A stretch of 64,000 nucleotides of DNA. Origin: an uncultured virus (IMG/VR IMGVR_UViG_3300025408_000002) (taxonomy: Duplodnaviria; Heunggongvirae; Uroviricota; Caudoviricetes). The position numbers were made by a program, and so were the translations under genes. Positions 8,221-17,288 of the stretch are shown here, piece after piece. Position 1 is the first letter of the stretch. Each line of letters starts with the position of its first letter. The notes under the pieces were generated by a model. That model was given only the letters and a program-made list of their open reading frames with translations, was not told where the DNA came from and made no database searches. Location: IMG/VR virus record IMGVR_UViG_3300025408_000002. The stretch is one strand, 5' to 3'.

Positions 8221-8686
8221 GATGGCTAATGCCTATTTCCTTTCCACTACAAGTGTGCCAGCCGAAAAAAGCGTCTTCGAGATCAAGGTTGAGCTTTTGA
8301 AAATCGGCGTGCAGCGAGTTTACGAAGAGTATTCACAGGGTAAAATCAGCGCGATTGTATTCTCCCTCGATGCAGGTAACGAACGACCGCTCGATGTGAA
8401 TATACCCGTGAACGTTGAAAGCGTATTTCTCCAACTGTGCAAAGAGCGGAACGCGAAATCGCGTGCTCGCGCACCACGTGCGAAAGACGAAGCACTCCTC
8501 GCGCAGGCACATCGTACCGCATGGCGCATGGCGCTCCAGAGGATCAAACTCCAGGTAGCGGATATTCTTGTCGGACAGATGGATGTGCTTGAGGTGTTTC
8601 TTCCCTACGTGATGTGGAAGGGCGTGCCGTTTTACAAAGCACTCAAGGCACAGGATTTCAAACTTCTCGGGGAAGGAACGAGGTAA
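8213..8686 (+). CDS. Hypothetical phage protein
   Basis: 157 aa with QAHRTAWR...EVFLPY; coupled to neighbours. Confidence 0.65.
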   Translation: MSEMANAYFLSTTSVPAEKSVFEIKVELLKIGVQRVYEEYSQGKISAIVFSLDAGNERPLDVNIPVNVESVFLQLCKERNAKSRARAPRAKDEALLAQAHRTAWRMALQRIKLQVADILVGQMDVLEVFLPYVMWKGVPFYKALKAQDFKLLGEGTR

Positions 8687-8865
8687 GCGATGCACATTGA
8701 CCCCTTCTTCGTAATGACGGCGTTTTTCGCCTGGTGCGTCTGGCTCATGTTCCGGAAGGACGATAAATGACGTTTGATCACATCTATACTTGTGGCAACA
8801 ACCCCACACGCGCGGCACGCTGTACGCATTGACAGTACCACGAAAACAGAAGCAAGGATAGGCAA

Positions 8866-11289
8866 ATGATACTGCACACACTCAGTCTGCGAGGGTGGAA
8901 AGGAATTCACGACAACACGGGGCTGGACGAAATCTTCATTGATTTCGACGCGCTGCAACCCGGCTTGGTCGCCATCGTCGGTGACAACGGGTTCGGGAAA
9001 AGCACCACTTTGGAGAACATGCACCTGTACCGGCGTCTCGTCACGCGCGATGGCAAGCTCGCCGATCACTGCCGGCTGCGCGACAGCCACCGCATACTCA
9101 CGTGCACCATTGGCGGCGAGAAGTACGAGGCGCGAATCCTCATCGACTCAAAGAGCGGCGACGAGAAACGGTACATCACCCGCAACGGCGAACCGTTGAA
9201 CCCGGACGGGAAGGCCGATGGATACGACCGCATTGCACGCGAACTCTGCGGCTCGGAAACCCTCTTTTTCAACAGCTCATTCCGCGCGCAATCCGCACCG
9301 AGCTTCGCGGAGCTCTCCGAGAAGGAGGGCAAGGCATTGTTCCTTGAGCTCATCGGCGAGGATCAATACCCGCGATACGCGAGAATCGCCTCGGAGAAGC
9401 GCAGGGCCGCGGTTGCCAAGTTGGAGGACGTGCGTCTCCGCATTGAAACCCTCAAGGAGACCAGCGGCAACCCCGACGTGATTCAGGCCTGCATTGACAG
9501 TTTGAATGAACGCGCGCTGAACTTCGACGCGGAGATCCATCTTCTCAAAACGCAGGAGGAAACCGCGAATAAGGAACTCGGCGACGCACAGGTGAAACTC
9601 GCACTCTTTGACGAACGTGGCGCGGAATTCAACAAGCTATTCGCCGAAGTTGGCCGGCGCGATACTCTGTTGCGGGAGTTGCACGCGGAACTCGACACGA
9701 TCAAGACCCGAGTAGCAACGTCCGTGAACGATTTGCAATCGATCGTCACCTACAACCAGCGTATCCTCGACAATGTGGGCCTGGTTCGCCAGCGAGTGGA
9801 GGAAATCGTTGAATTGCGCGCGCGCCGCGACGCATTGTTGGAAACCGGACGCCAGTATCAGGAGAAATGGCGCTCCAACTATGCCGAGAAAAACGAGGAC
9901 GAGCAGCGCATGCGCGCGCTGCGGGAGGATGCGGACGATATTCGACGCGAGCACGATTACGCACAGGAACGTCTCGCGCAGTGGAATCAATCGTGCGATC
10001 AGAAGTTGAATGCGCTCGACGCCAAAATCGCGGACGTGCACAGGCAAGCAATGCTGCTGGATCAGGTGCCGTGCAAGGACACCGATTTTCCGAACACGTG
10101 CCAACTCCTGAGCCACGCTACCGAAGCGGCGAAGAGCGAGGAAATGCTCGGCGAGCAGCGCGTGAATCTGCTGAACGAGCAGACGGAAACCGCGAACACA
10201 CAGGCGCGGCATATTGACGAACTCGCGGAGAAGGCCCGCATTGCCGAAGTGGCGCACGACGACTGGCTGCATGCTATGCGCGACCGCGACACCGCGCGGA
10301 ACGAAGCGCTCAACGCCATCGGCTACGACCCCAACGCGATGGATACGCTGCTCGCCGAACTCACGAAACTCGAATCCGAGCGCTGGGAGGAATTGCAGGA
10401 GAAGAGCAAGAACGCGGAGATCGAGAAGCAGGCGGCCGAGCGCCGCATTGTGGAAATCAATGCCGATATGGAGTTGCAAACCACCCGCATCCTCGCCCAG
10501 GCGCAGCGCGAAGAGCAGGAAACCGCGGAATTGCAGGAGCGCATGCGCGTGCTTCAGGAGGAATTGCGGGAGCGCACCGAATACGTTGCCAAGATTGACC
10601 GCCTCGCGAACGAACTTTCCACGACCCGCCTTCGCCTCCAGCAGTTACGCGACGACTCCACCCGCAACGCTTCGCAACTGGCAGTGGAGCAGGAGAATCT
10701 TGTCCGCGCGAAGGAGCTGGGGACAAAGGTGGCGGCGCTCGAGATCGAAGCGGCGGTTCACGAAACCGAGGCGCAGGAGTGGGCGATTGTGGAGGAGGCC
10801 GTTGGACTCGATGGCATTCAGGCCATGGAGATCAACGCGGCCGGTCCCGAAGTGTCCGAGGAAGCCAACGACCTACTCAGCGTATTCGGCAGTCCATTCC
10901 GCGTGCGCATTGATACCGCGCGGCCCGATGCGAAAGGGAAGCGCATGCTCCCCGATTTCCGCATTACCGTGCTGCGCGACGGCGAGGAACGCGCATTCAA
11001 ACTCGTCAGCGGTGGACAGCGGGTGTGGATCGATGCTGCGATGACGCAGGCTATCGCTTTATATCGCAAGCGCAAGGGAAATCTCGACATCCGCACCACG
11101 TTCCTGGACGAGGCAGACGGCGCACTAAGTCCCGAGAACGCGCCGCGCTACCTGCGCATGCTCCAGCGCGTGCACGACCTCTCCGGCGCCCATTTCACAT
11201 TCATCATCACCCACCGGCCCGAACTCATAGCGATGATGCCGCAGCGCATCGAGTTCACGAAATCGGGTCCGCAAATCGTAATTCAGTGA
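8866..11289 (+). CDS. sbcC: SbcC/Rad50-like SMC-family ATPase
   Basis: Walker A GDNGFGKST, long coiled coil, signature VSGGQ, Walker B FLDEADG, ITH. Confidence 0.92.
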   Translation: MILHTLSLRGWKGIHDNTGLDEIFIDFDALQPGLVAIVGDNGFGKSTTLENMHLYRRLVTRDGKLADHCRLRDSHRILTCTIGGEKYEARILIDSKSGDEKRYITRNGEPLNPDGKADGYDRIARELCGSETLFFNSSFRAQSAPSFAELSEKEGKALFLELIGEDQYPRYARIASEKRRAAVAKLEDVRLRIETLKETSGNPDVIQACIDSLNERALNFDAEIHLLKTQEETANKELGDAQVKLALFDERGAEFNKLFAEVGRRDTLLRELHAELDTIKTRVATSVNDLQSIVTYNQRILDNVGLVRQRVEEIVELRARRDALLETGRQYQEKWRSNYAEKNEDEQRMRALREDADDIRREHDYAQERLAQWNQSCDQKLNALDAKIADVHRQAMLLDQVPCKDTDFPNTCQLLSHATEAAKSEEMLGEQRVNLLNEQTETANTQARHIDELAEKARIAEVAHDDWLHAMRDRDTARNEALNAIGYDPNAMDTLLAELTKLESERWEELQEKSKNAEIEKQAAERRIVEINADMELQTTRILAQAQREEQETAELQERMRVLQEELRERTEYVAKIDRLANELSTTRLRLQQLRDDSTRNASQLAVEQENLVRAKELGTKVAALEIEAAVHETEAQEWAIVEEAVGLDGIQAMEINAAGPEVSEEANDLLSVFGSPFRVRIDTARPDAKGKRMLPDFRITVLRDGEERAFKLVSGGQRVWIDAAMTQAIALYRKRKGNLDIRTTFLDEADGALSPENAPRYLRMLQRVHDLSGAHFTFIITHRPELIAMMPQRIEFTKSGPQIVIQ

Positions 11290-11297
11290 GGACCGCA

Positions 11298-11669
11298 ATG
11301 GACAATCCCCTGTACAAAACCGTGATGATCCCCTACAACTACACGCAAGGGGAAATCGACGACATGAAGACGGAACTGCCGTCACTGCTCACGGAAATTT
11401 CCGTGGTGACGGAGCAGCGCAAGGAAGTGATGAAGAACTACAAGGAGCAGCTTGACAAGCTCAACGGCGATGTGAAGCGTATCGTAGGGATCATTCGTCG
11501 CGGCTTCGAGGAAATGGAAGTGGACTGTCGCATGGAACCGGATTATCACACCAACACCATGCTGTACTACATCGAGGGTCGTCTCGATCCCGTGTATTCC
11601 CGCCCACTCACGTATGCAGAGAGATCGCAACCCGAACTCCAATTCATCAAACCAGCCAAGGAGGCATGA
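11298..11669 (+). CDS. Hypothetical phage protein
   Basis: GAGGA RBS, MDNPLYKT..., coiled-coil. Confidence 0.7.
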   Translation: MDNPLYKTVMIPYNYTQGEIDDMKTELPSLLTEISVVTEQRKEVMKNYKEQLDKLNGDVKRIVGIIRRGFEEMEVDCRMEPDYHTNTMLYYIEGRLDPVYSRPLTYAERSQPELQFIKPAKEA

Positions 11670-12421
11670 CAGTGGCAACGCAACCCATCGAACTCAACTG
11701 CGCCGCGCCGGGCGCATACTCTCTCACTGTCGGTCAGGCGGCGGCGCCCGTCCTCGTACCGCAATTCATCGCGAAGAAGTGCACGCACGATAGCATCGTA
11801 AATGCGATGGGCTATTGGCCTGCGCATCCCGAAGCTTCCATCGTCGTCTACGACCAGGAAACCGGCGACTGCACGTTGATGCGCGACATCACGAGCGACC
11901 GCGCACCCGTCATCGAAGCCAACCTGGTGCCATCCGCCGATGTCATGAGCTGGCAAATCAACGGCGCCGGTTGGAGCAGCCACGACCTGGCCCGGCATAT
12001 TCGGTTTCACCGGGAGATGCTTGTCGAGTGCGACCACAAGACGCTCATCGCCTCGCTGGAGGATTTCAAGGCGAAGATCATCAGCGAGATCGAAAAGTTC
12101 GACCAAGCCGACGGCACCAAGCGTTCCGCCTCCATCGATCGACAAATCGTGGTGAAGAACAAACCGGAGAAATTCTCCATCCATGGAGCGCTGTACGTGG
12201 GTACCGCACCGATCACCATGGAGATCGGCGTCCGCTACGAGCAACAGAACAGCACCAGCGTATTGCTTCATCTCGAATGCGAGGATTTGTCGGCTTACGA
12301 TGAACATATCCGGACAAAGATGGGCGAACATATCCAACAGGTGGCCGAGGAAAAGGGATACCTCTTCATCGTCGCCGGCGATAACCAGCTCAACATCCCG
12401 ATCCAGGCGCTGACGAAGTAA
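11666..12421 (+). CDS. Hypothetical phage protein
   Basis: 251 aa, ATGA coupling, GGAGG RBS. Confidence 0.7.
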   Translation: MTVATQPIELNCAAPGAYSLTVGQAAAPVLVPQFIAKKCTHDSIVNAMGYWPAHPEASIVVYDQETGDCTLMRDITSDRAPVIEANLVPSADVMSWQINGAGWSSHDLARHIRFHREMLVECDHKTLIASLEDFKAKIISEIEKFDQADGTKRSASIDRQIVVKNKPEKFSIHGALYVGTAPITMEIGVRYEQQNSTSVLLHLECEDLSAYDEHIRTKMGEHIQQVAEEKGYLFIVAGDNQLNIPIQALTK

Positions 12422-12556
12422 CACCGTGGCCGTAGGACCTCACAGGGCATAATTCATACTCAAGGTCGAAACTCGAGGCGAAATCGTGGGAACTCGGCGC
12501 GCATGCCCGACACGCAGAGATTGCACGACGGCCGTAATATCAAGGAGCAACGCTAC

Positions 12557-13150
12557 ATGAACACAGAACCAGATACAGCCAAAACGGCACAGCCGGAAGC
12601 GAAAATGCCGTTCTCTCCTGTCTCGCGCATCCCCGACACGCCGGAAAGCGCTTTCCAGCTCGCTAAGCAACGATTCGGGCTGCGATACGGTGTCCGGCAG
12701 AACGAGAACCAGATTCGGATTCTCGACGAAGAGTTGAGCCGCGTTCGGAAGAATCTGCTTCAGAAGATCACTGATGCAGTGGGACCGGACGGAAAACCCC
12801 TCTATTCGAACGATGCCAAGCGCCAGGCCGCGCTTATCGAAGCACTGGACAAGGATGAACAGTACGCGGAGAAATCCGAGATACTGAACCACCTTCGCAG
12901 GATCACTGCAACGATGCACGATGAGCTTGAATTGGTGACCGAGGCACTGAAAATCACGCACACATTCATGCCCGCGCTACTGATGCCTCCCGCACTTTCG
13001 TTCCCTCCGCTTGGGCTGCAATTCGGCATGGATCCCCCTGCACCCGAAGGCGACAGCGGTGAGCCAGTCCTCGGTGGTCAGGTCGGCAGCGCCAAGCAGG
13101 TGCAGATGGAGTTGGGAGAGGACGGAAAGAACGGCAACCCGGCGCTCTGA
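12557..13150 (+). CDS. Hypothetical coiled-coil protein
   Basis: AAGGAG RBS; DGKPLYSNDAKRQAAL segment. Confidence 0.65.
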   Translation: MNTEPDTAKTAQPEAKMPFSPVSRIPDTPESAFQLAKQRFGLRYGVRQNENQIRILDEELSRVRKNLLQKITDAVGPDGKPLYSNDAKRQAALIEALDKDEQYAEKSEILNHLRRITATMHDELELVTEALKITHTFMPALLMPPALSFPPLGLQFGMDPPAPEGDSGEPVLGGQVGSAKQVQMELGEDGKNGNPAL

Positions 13151-13152
13151 CC

Positions 13153-13305
13153 ATGGACGACGAACTCTACGAGAAGGCGCGCAACAACGCGCGGGACATC
13201 TACCAACGCAAACCCAGCACCAGGCCGCAGGAAGTGGCGATCAAGCTGAACGTACCCGTCGCCGTGGCAAAACGCTGGAAGCTGGAAATGACTGAACGCA
13301 AATGA
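13153..13305 (+). CDS. Small HTH protein (50 aa)
   Basis: Manual translation MDDELYEKARNNARDIYQRKPSTRPQEVAIKLNVPVAVAKRWKLEMTERK; below the ORF-track size cut-off. Confidence 0.6.
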   Translation: MDDELYEKARNNARDIYQRKPSTRPQEVAIKLNVPVAVAKRWKLEMTERK

Positions 13306-13310
13306 GTAAA

Positions 13311-13392
13311 GCACCGCGTAGCTCAAGCAGGATAGAGCAAGGGGTCCAGTTCCCTCCCCTGATGGCTGGTTCGACGCCACCCGCGGTGCCCA
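13311..13392 (+). tRNA. tRNA-like RNA 3 / pseudo-tRNA with His-type 8-bp acceptor and non-canonical anticodon loop
   Basis: GCACCGCG/CGCGGTGC + CCA; D arm GCTC-AAGCAGGATA-GAGC; AGGGG/CCCCT stem with 11-nt loop TCCAGTTCCCT; T arm GCTGG-TTCGACG-CCACC (one mismatch). Confidence 0.75.
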
Positions 13393-13406
13393 CAGGAGTA
13401 CGACCG

Positions 13407-13805
13407 ATGCCGATATACACGCGCCGATACATCCGCAACTCACAGAAATTGGACCGCATCTGCAATCATGGGCAGACCGTGGACCTGCCACTATTCGACG
13501 GTGGCGATGATCCGCCCTCTCGAATACCCAACCATGCGATCACCGAGCGCAACGATGCGTACTACTCCATCGTGCCGAAACTCGGGAACGATGAAATGCT
13601 GGTATACGGTGTGCTGCTGCGGGAGGGACCACTCACCGATTTGCAGATAGCGGAAAAACTCGGATGGACAATCAACCGCGTTACTGGCCGGAGGAATGGA
13701 CTGGCTGATAAGGGCAGGGTGGCGCGATATGGTACGGTGCTGAACGAGGCCACTGGACGGAAGAACGCGCTGTGGTATGCGGTGAAAAACACAAAGGAAA
13801 TGTGA
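13407..13805 (+). CDS. Winged-HTH DNA-binding protein
   Basis: GPLTDLQIAEKLGWTINRVTGRRNGLADKGRV; AGGAG RBS just after the tRNA-like CCA. Confidence 0.8.
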   Translation: MPIYTRRYIRNSQKLDRICNHGQTVDLPLFDGGDDPPSRIPNHAITERNDAYYSIVPKLGNDEMLVYGVLLREGPLTDLQIAEKLGWTINRVTGRRNGLADKGRVARYGTVLNEATGRKNALWYAVKNTKEM

Positions 13806-14038
13806 TGGCTGAACGCCCGATTATCTATGCCGACCGCCGCCTGAAATGGTGGGAATGTATGATTGTCGCGCTTCGTCTGCGCATACCCCCGCGCGAGGTA
13901 CGCATGATCGAGAAAAGCGTGCATGAATATAGTGAAACGCTCAGATCGGTACTGTCTGACACTGTGATTTTTGGATACGGCGTTGTTCAACTGACCGACA
14001 ACGACGTGATGGTAAAAAAGGAGGAAAGCGATGGCTGA
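13805..14038 (+). CDS. Hypothetical protein
   Basis: TGATG coupling. Confidence 0.55.
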   Translation: MAERPIIYADRRLKWWECMIVALRLRIPPREVRMIEKSVHEYSETLRSVLSDTVIFGYGVVQLTDNDVMVKKEESDG

Positions 14039-14912
14039 CCAGCGGGACGGCGGAATTGTATGGACAGATTGGACGTGGAACCCGATTACCGGGTGCAGCA
14101 AGGTTTCACAGGGTTGTAAAAACTGCTATGCGGAGCGGCAATTCAAACGATTCTCTGGCGACACCGGCATATACGCCGGCAGACAATTCACGGATGTGCG
14201 CTGCCATGAGGATCGGCTGGATCAGCCTCTGCGATGGATGCGGCCTCGGAAAATTTTCGTGAATTCCATGAGTGATCTGTTTCACGAGGACGTGCCGGAC
14301 GAGTTCATTGACAAGGTTTTCGCGGTGATGGCGCTGGCGAGGCATCATGTTTTTCAGCTATTGACGAAAAGACCCGAAAGGATGCGGGAGTACCTGCTTG
14401 CTGGATTTCGAAGCAACCGCGTCGTGGATCAGATGCTTGCACTGAAAGCCGAATGCGGCGTTTTGCCGTGGTCGGGATGGCGCGAGCAATTTGCTCATGT
14501 TTGGCTGGGCGTATCCGTAGAGGACCAGGCGACGGCCGACGAGCGCGTCCCGCTCCTGTTGCGAACTCCGGCGACTATTCGGTTCGTGAGTGCCGAGCCG
14601 TTGCTCGGGCCGGTGGATTTCACTCCATGGCTGTCGATGCAGTTGACTGGCTATCCTCACCAAACGAAGCCGCAGCACTTTCGGTCCGAGATTCTGTCCT
14701 TGCTCGACTGGATCATCGTCGGCGGAGAAAGCGGCCCCAAGGCGAGGCCGATGGATTTAGATTGGGTGCGCTCGATCCGTGATCAGTGCAGAGCATCGAG
14801 CGTGCCACTACTGGTCAAACAGTTACCCGGCTCTAAGGGCAAAGTAATCAAAGATATTTCGCTCTTTCCCGCAGACATTCAAATACAGGAGTATCCGCAT
14901 GCCTACTCGTAA
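14031..14912 (+). CDS. DUF5131 (phage Gp37/Gp68-like) radical-SAM-like protein
   Basis: WTDWTWNPITGCSKVSQGCKNCYA, FVNSMSDLFH, LLTKRPER, SAEPLLG, WIIVGGESG. Confidence 0.9.
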   Translation: MADQRDGGIVWTDWTWNPITGCSKVSQGCKNCYAERQFKRFSGDTGIYAGRQFTDVRCHEDRLDQPLRWMRPRKIFVNSMSDLFHEDVPDEFIDKVFAVMALARHHVFQLLTKRPERMREYLLAGFRSNRVVDQMLALKAECGVLPWSGWREQFAHVWLGVSVEDQATADERVPLLLRTPATIRFVSAEPLLGPVDFTPWLSMQLTGYPHQTKPQHFRSEILSLLDWIIVGGESGPKARPMDLDWVRSIRDQCRASSVPLLVKQLPGSKGKVIKDISLFPADIQIQEYPHAYS

Positions 14913-15486
14913 GCAGCGCGCACGGAAATTAGGCGTGCCAATCGACCGGATTCCCGACGGGAGAGGCAAGGGCAGGAAAATTAGCGGCTTGGACCATTAC
15001 CGTTGGAATGCGGGAAAAATGTATAGCAGCCATGGGTACGTCAAGGTGCGCGTTGGCGTAGGTCACCCGCTGGCCGATTCAAACGGATATGCTTATGAGC
15101 ATCATGTGGTTTGGTGGAATTCTGGTCGGCAATTGCCGGGAAAAGAAGAAGTGATACACCATAAAAATGAGGATAAAACGGATAATCGTTTGTCCAATCT
15201 GGAGCTTTTAACGCGACGCGAGCATTGCGGCGAACACTGCGCAATGCTGAGCGATGCGGCGGTAAGGGAAATCCGCATACGCTATGCGGCGGGCGAAGAC
15301 GGTACCGCGTTGGCGAAAGAGTACGGCATCCCCTTCTCCAGAGCATACCGATTCATAAAAGGAGAGACGCGCAAAGGGGCTGGCGGCCCAATTCAGTCAG
15401 GGTCTTTGCGCTTTAATGCTAAACGCAATCGCGCCGGGCGGCTGCTCGACGGCAGAGAGTGCAACGAATTTCCGGAGATGAAATAA
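14899..15486 (+). CDS. HNH homing endonuclease with C-terminal HTH
   Basis: HPLADSNGYAYEHHVVW...VIHHKNEDKTDNRLSNLELL. Confidence 0.88.
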   Translation: MPTRKQRARKLGVPIDRIPDGRGKGRKISGLDHYRWNAGKMYSSHGYVKVRVGVGHPLADSNGYAYEHHVVWWNSGRQLPGKEEVIHHKNEDKTDNRLSNLELLTRREHCGEHCAMLSDAAVREIRIRYAAGEDGTALAKEYGIPFSRAYRFIKGETRKGAGGPIQSGSLRFNAKRNRAGRLLDGRECNEFPEMK

Positions 15487-15896
15487 TGGAACCAGGACAG
15501 AATTGTTCGTATTGCCCGCTTGGGTCAACCGTTTGGACCAAGTGCAGGAAAACGGAGCCGATGACAGATGAAAGCCGTGGCGTGCCGCACCCCGGCACTC
15601 AATGCCCCCATGTGATGCTCGCCCAATGGGAAGAGAAGGCGAAAAACTGGATGGCTTCACCGGAAGCGGCACAGCGCCTTGATGGGTACCGCGAACTAGC
15701 GGGCAAGCTGGCCGCAGCAGAAGAATCCCTCGCCGCGAAAGAGGCGGAGTGCAAGCGGTTGCGGGCGGCGGCGCAAGAATTCCTGCTGTTGTTTTCGTCC
15801 GGCAATTCGATCCCGGTTGACCGCGTTGTGTTGAAACCCGACCACCGCATCGTCGAGATGTTCCGCGCCGCCCTCGCGGGAGGGGGTGAGGGATGA
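15486..15896 (+). CDS. Hypothetical protein
   Basis: TAATG coupling; start could be 15561. Confidence 0.55.
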   Translation: MEPGQNCSYCPLGSTVWTKCRKTEPMTDESRGVPHPGTQCPHVMLAQWEEKAKNWMASPEAAQRLDGYRELAGKLAAAEESLAAKEAECKRLRAAAQEFLLLFSSGNSIPVDRVVLKPDHRIVEMFRAALAGGGEG

Positions 15897-16249
15897 AGGC
15901 TTTGCTCAAACGATTAGCCGTTGAATTATGGCAACGGCTGAGGTACCACTTCTTTTGTCTCGTATTCGAAGATGGGACATGGGAGCACACGCAGCGAGCC
16001 ATCCGTATAGGTTTATTCCCGTCGGATCGCTGGTTGGGACGCGACAGCAAAATATACTATTGGTATCTGGATACACCGGAAAATGCCTGCCCGCAATGCG
16101 TCACGCCGGATGTTGTTTACGAAGACGAGCGATGGGTGTGCGACAACTGCGGGTGGAATAGCACTGTCGATCCAAGTAGTAACGAACAGGTACCCGACCG
16201 GGGCGGGTCCAAAAATAACATTTCCCCGGAATCACCGAAAGAACGGTGA
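15893..16249 (+). CDS. Zn-ribbon protein
   Basis: CPQC...CDNCGW. Confidence 0.55.
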   Translation: MKALLKRLAVELWQRLRYHFFCLVFEDGTWEHTQRAIRIGLFPSDRWLGRDSKIYYWYLDTPENACPQCVTPDVVYEDERWVCDNCGWNSTVDPSSNEQVPDRGGSKNNISPESPKER

Positions 16250-16323
16250 TGGCGCGAGCCGGGCGTGCCCGTGAATCCACGCCCGGCACTTTTTTCCCGA
16301 AACAGAAAGACGGCAGGAATCGT

Positions 16324-16848
16324 ATGAAAGCGCTACTCTTTATTGTGATACTTGCATTTGCCACCGACGGCCATGCGCAGCATGCTTTCGTTGACACCAC
16401 GAGGTGGGTAACACTCCCCACGGAGTTTGTAGGTAGCGGCCATGTGCGGGACTCGATGGATACCGTGATAACTATGAGCCTCGACAGCCTGCAAAACAGA
16501 ATACAACTTACCTACGGAACATCGAACTTTGATACCTCGGATTTAATGGTTCTGTATTCTGGCGTTACTATTAGCTCCCAAGGGCCGGTGCGGTACGAGA
16601 CAAAGCCACAGCACGACACTGTGCATGATTTGCTTCTCGAGTACGAATTGCAAATTAAGCTGGCGATACTATTGTCCGCCTTCCTCGCTGTTATTATCGT
16701 GATATACATCGAAATCCGAAACATGCGTCATCGCCTATCCCGCATCGAGCGCATGCGGGAATACAAGCGGCGTATGGATAATGCCGCATGGCGCCTCGAC
16801 AAAGCAATCAATCAGCTCGACGAACACAATTACAGGGACGTGGTGTGA
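16324..16848 (+). CDS. Exported membrane-anchored protein
   Basis: Signal peptide MKALLFIVILAFATDGHA-Q, D-S/T-rich ectodomain, TM LAILLSAFLAVIIVIYI. Confidence 0.65.
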   Translation: MKALLFIVILAFATDGHAQHAFVDTTRWVTLPTEFVGSGHVRDSMDTVITMSLDSLQNRIQLTYGTSNFDTSDLMVLYSGVTISSQGPVRYETKPQHDTVHDLLLEYELQIKLAILLSAFLAVIIVIYIEIRNMRHRLSRIERMREYKRRMDNAAWRLDKAINQLDEHNYRDVV

Positions 16849-17288
16849 GTAAACCCTACGCATATATCGGTATCGACCCCGGCGCAACCACGGGTTTCGC
16901 CTTGTGGCTGCCCAACGAGAAACTGCTGAAACTACACTCACTCGACTTCTGGGATACGGTGTACGAACTCAATAACCATTTCACTCTCTACGAACAGCGA
17001 TTGCTCGTGGTGATAGAAGCCGCCTGGAAAATCAATAAATCGTACCAACGGCACGAGGGCGAATCGGGTTACCGCGGCATGCTGAAAATCAATCGGAATG
17101 CGGGTGCGGCCAACAGGGAGGGGGAGTTGCTGTCGCTGTATGTGAAGCGGAATGAAATGCGCGTTCTCGAAATCATACCGAATGCGAGAAAGATGGGTGC
17201 CGGGCAGTTCCGGCAGCTCACGGGATACACAAAGCGCACGAACCAGCACGAGCGCGATGCCGCGATGCTGGTGTGGGGGAGACCGTGA
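16845..17288 (+). CDS. RuvC-like Holliday-junction resolvase
   Basis: YIGIDPGATTGFALW, VVIEA, HERDAAML (RNase H-fold acidic residues). Confidence 0.75.
   Translation: MSKPYAYIGIDPGATTGFALWLPNEKLLKLHSLDFWDTVYELNNHFTLYEQRLLVVIEAAWKINKSYQRHEGESGYRGMLKINRNAGAANREGELLSLYVKRNEMRVLEIIPNARKMGAGQFRQLTGYTKRTNQHERDAAMLVWGRP

Noticed and set aside
12436..12500. c-di-GMP-I riboswitch (CACAGGGCA resemblance)
   Set aside because: The remaining consensus elements are not present
13302..13406. N-terminal extension of the wHTH ORF
   Set aside because: Overlaps the tRNA-like element; a better RBS and start lie at 13407
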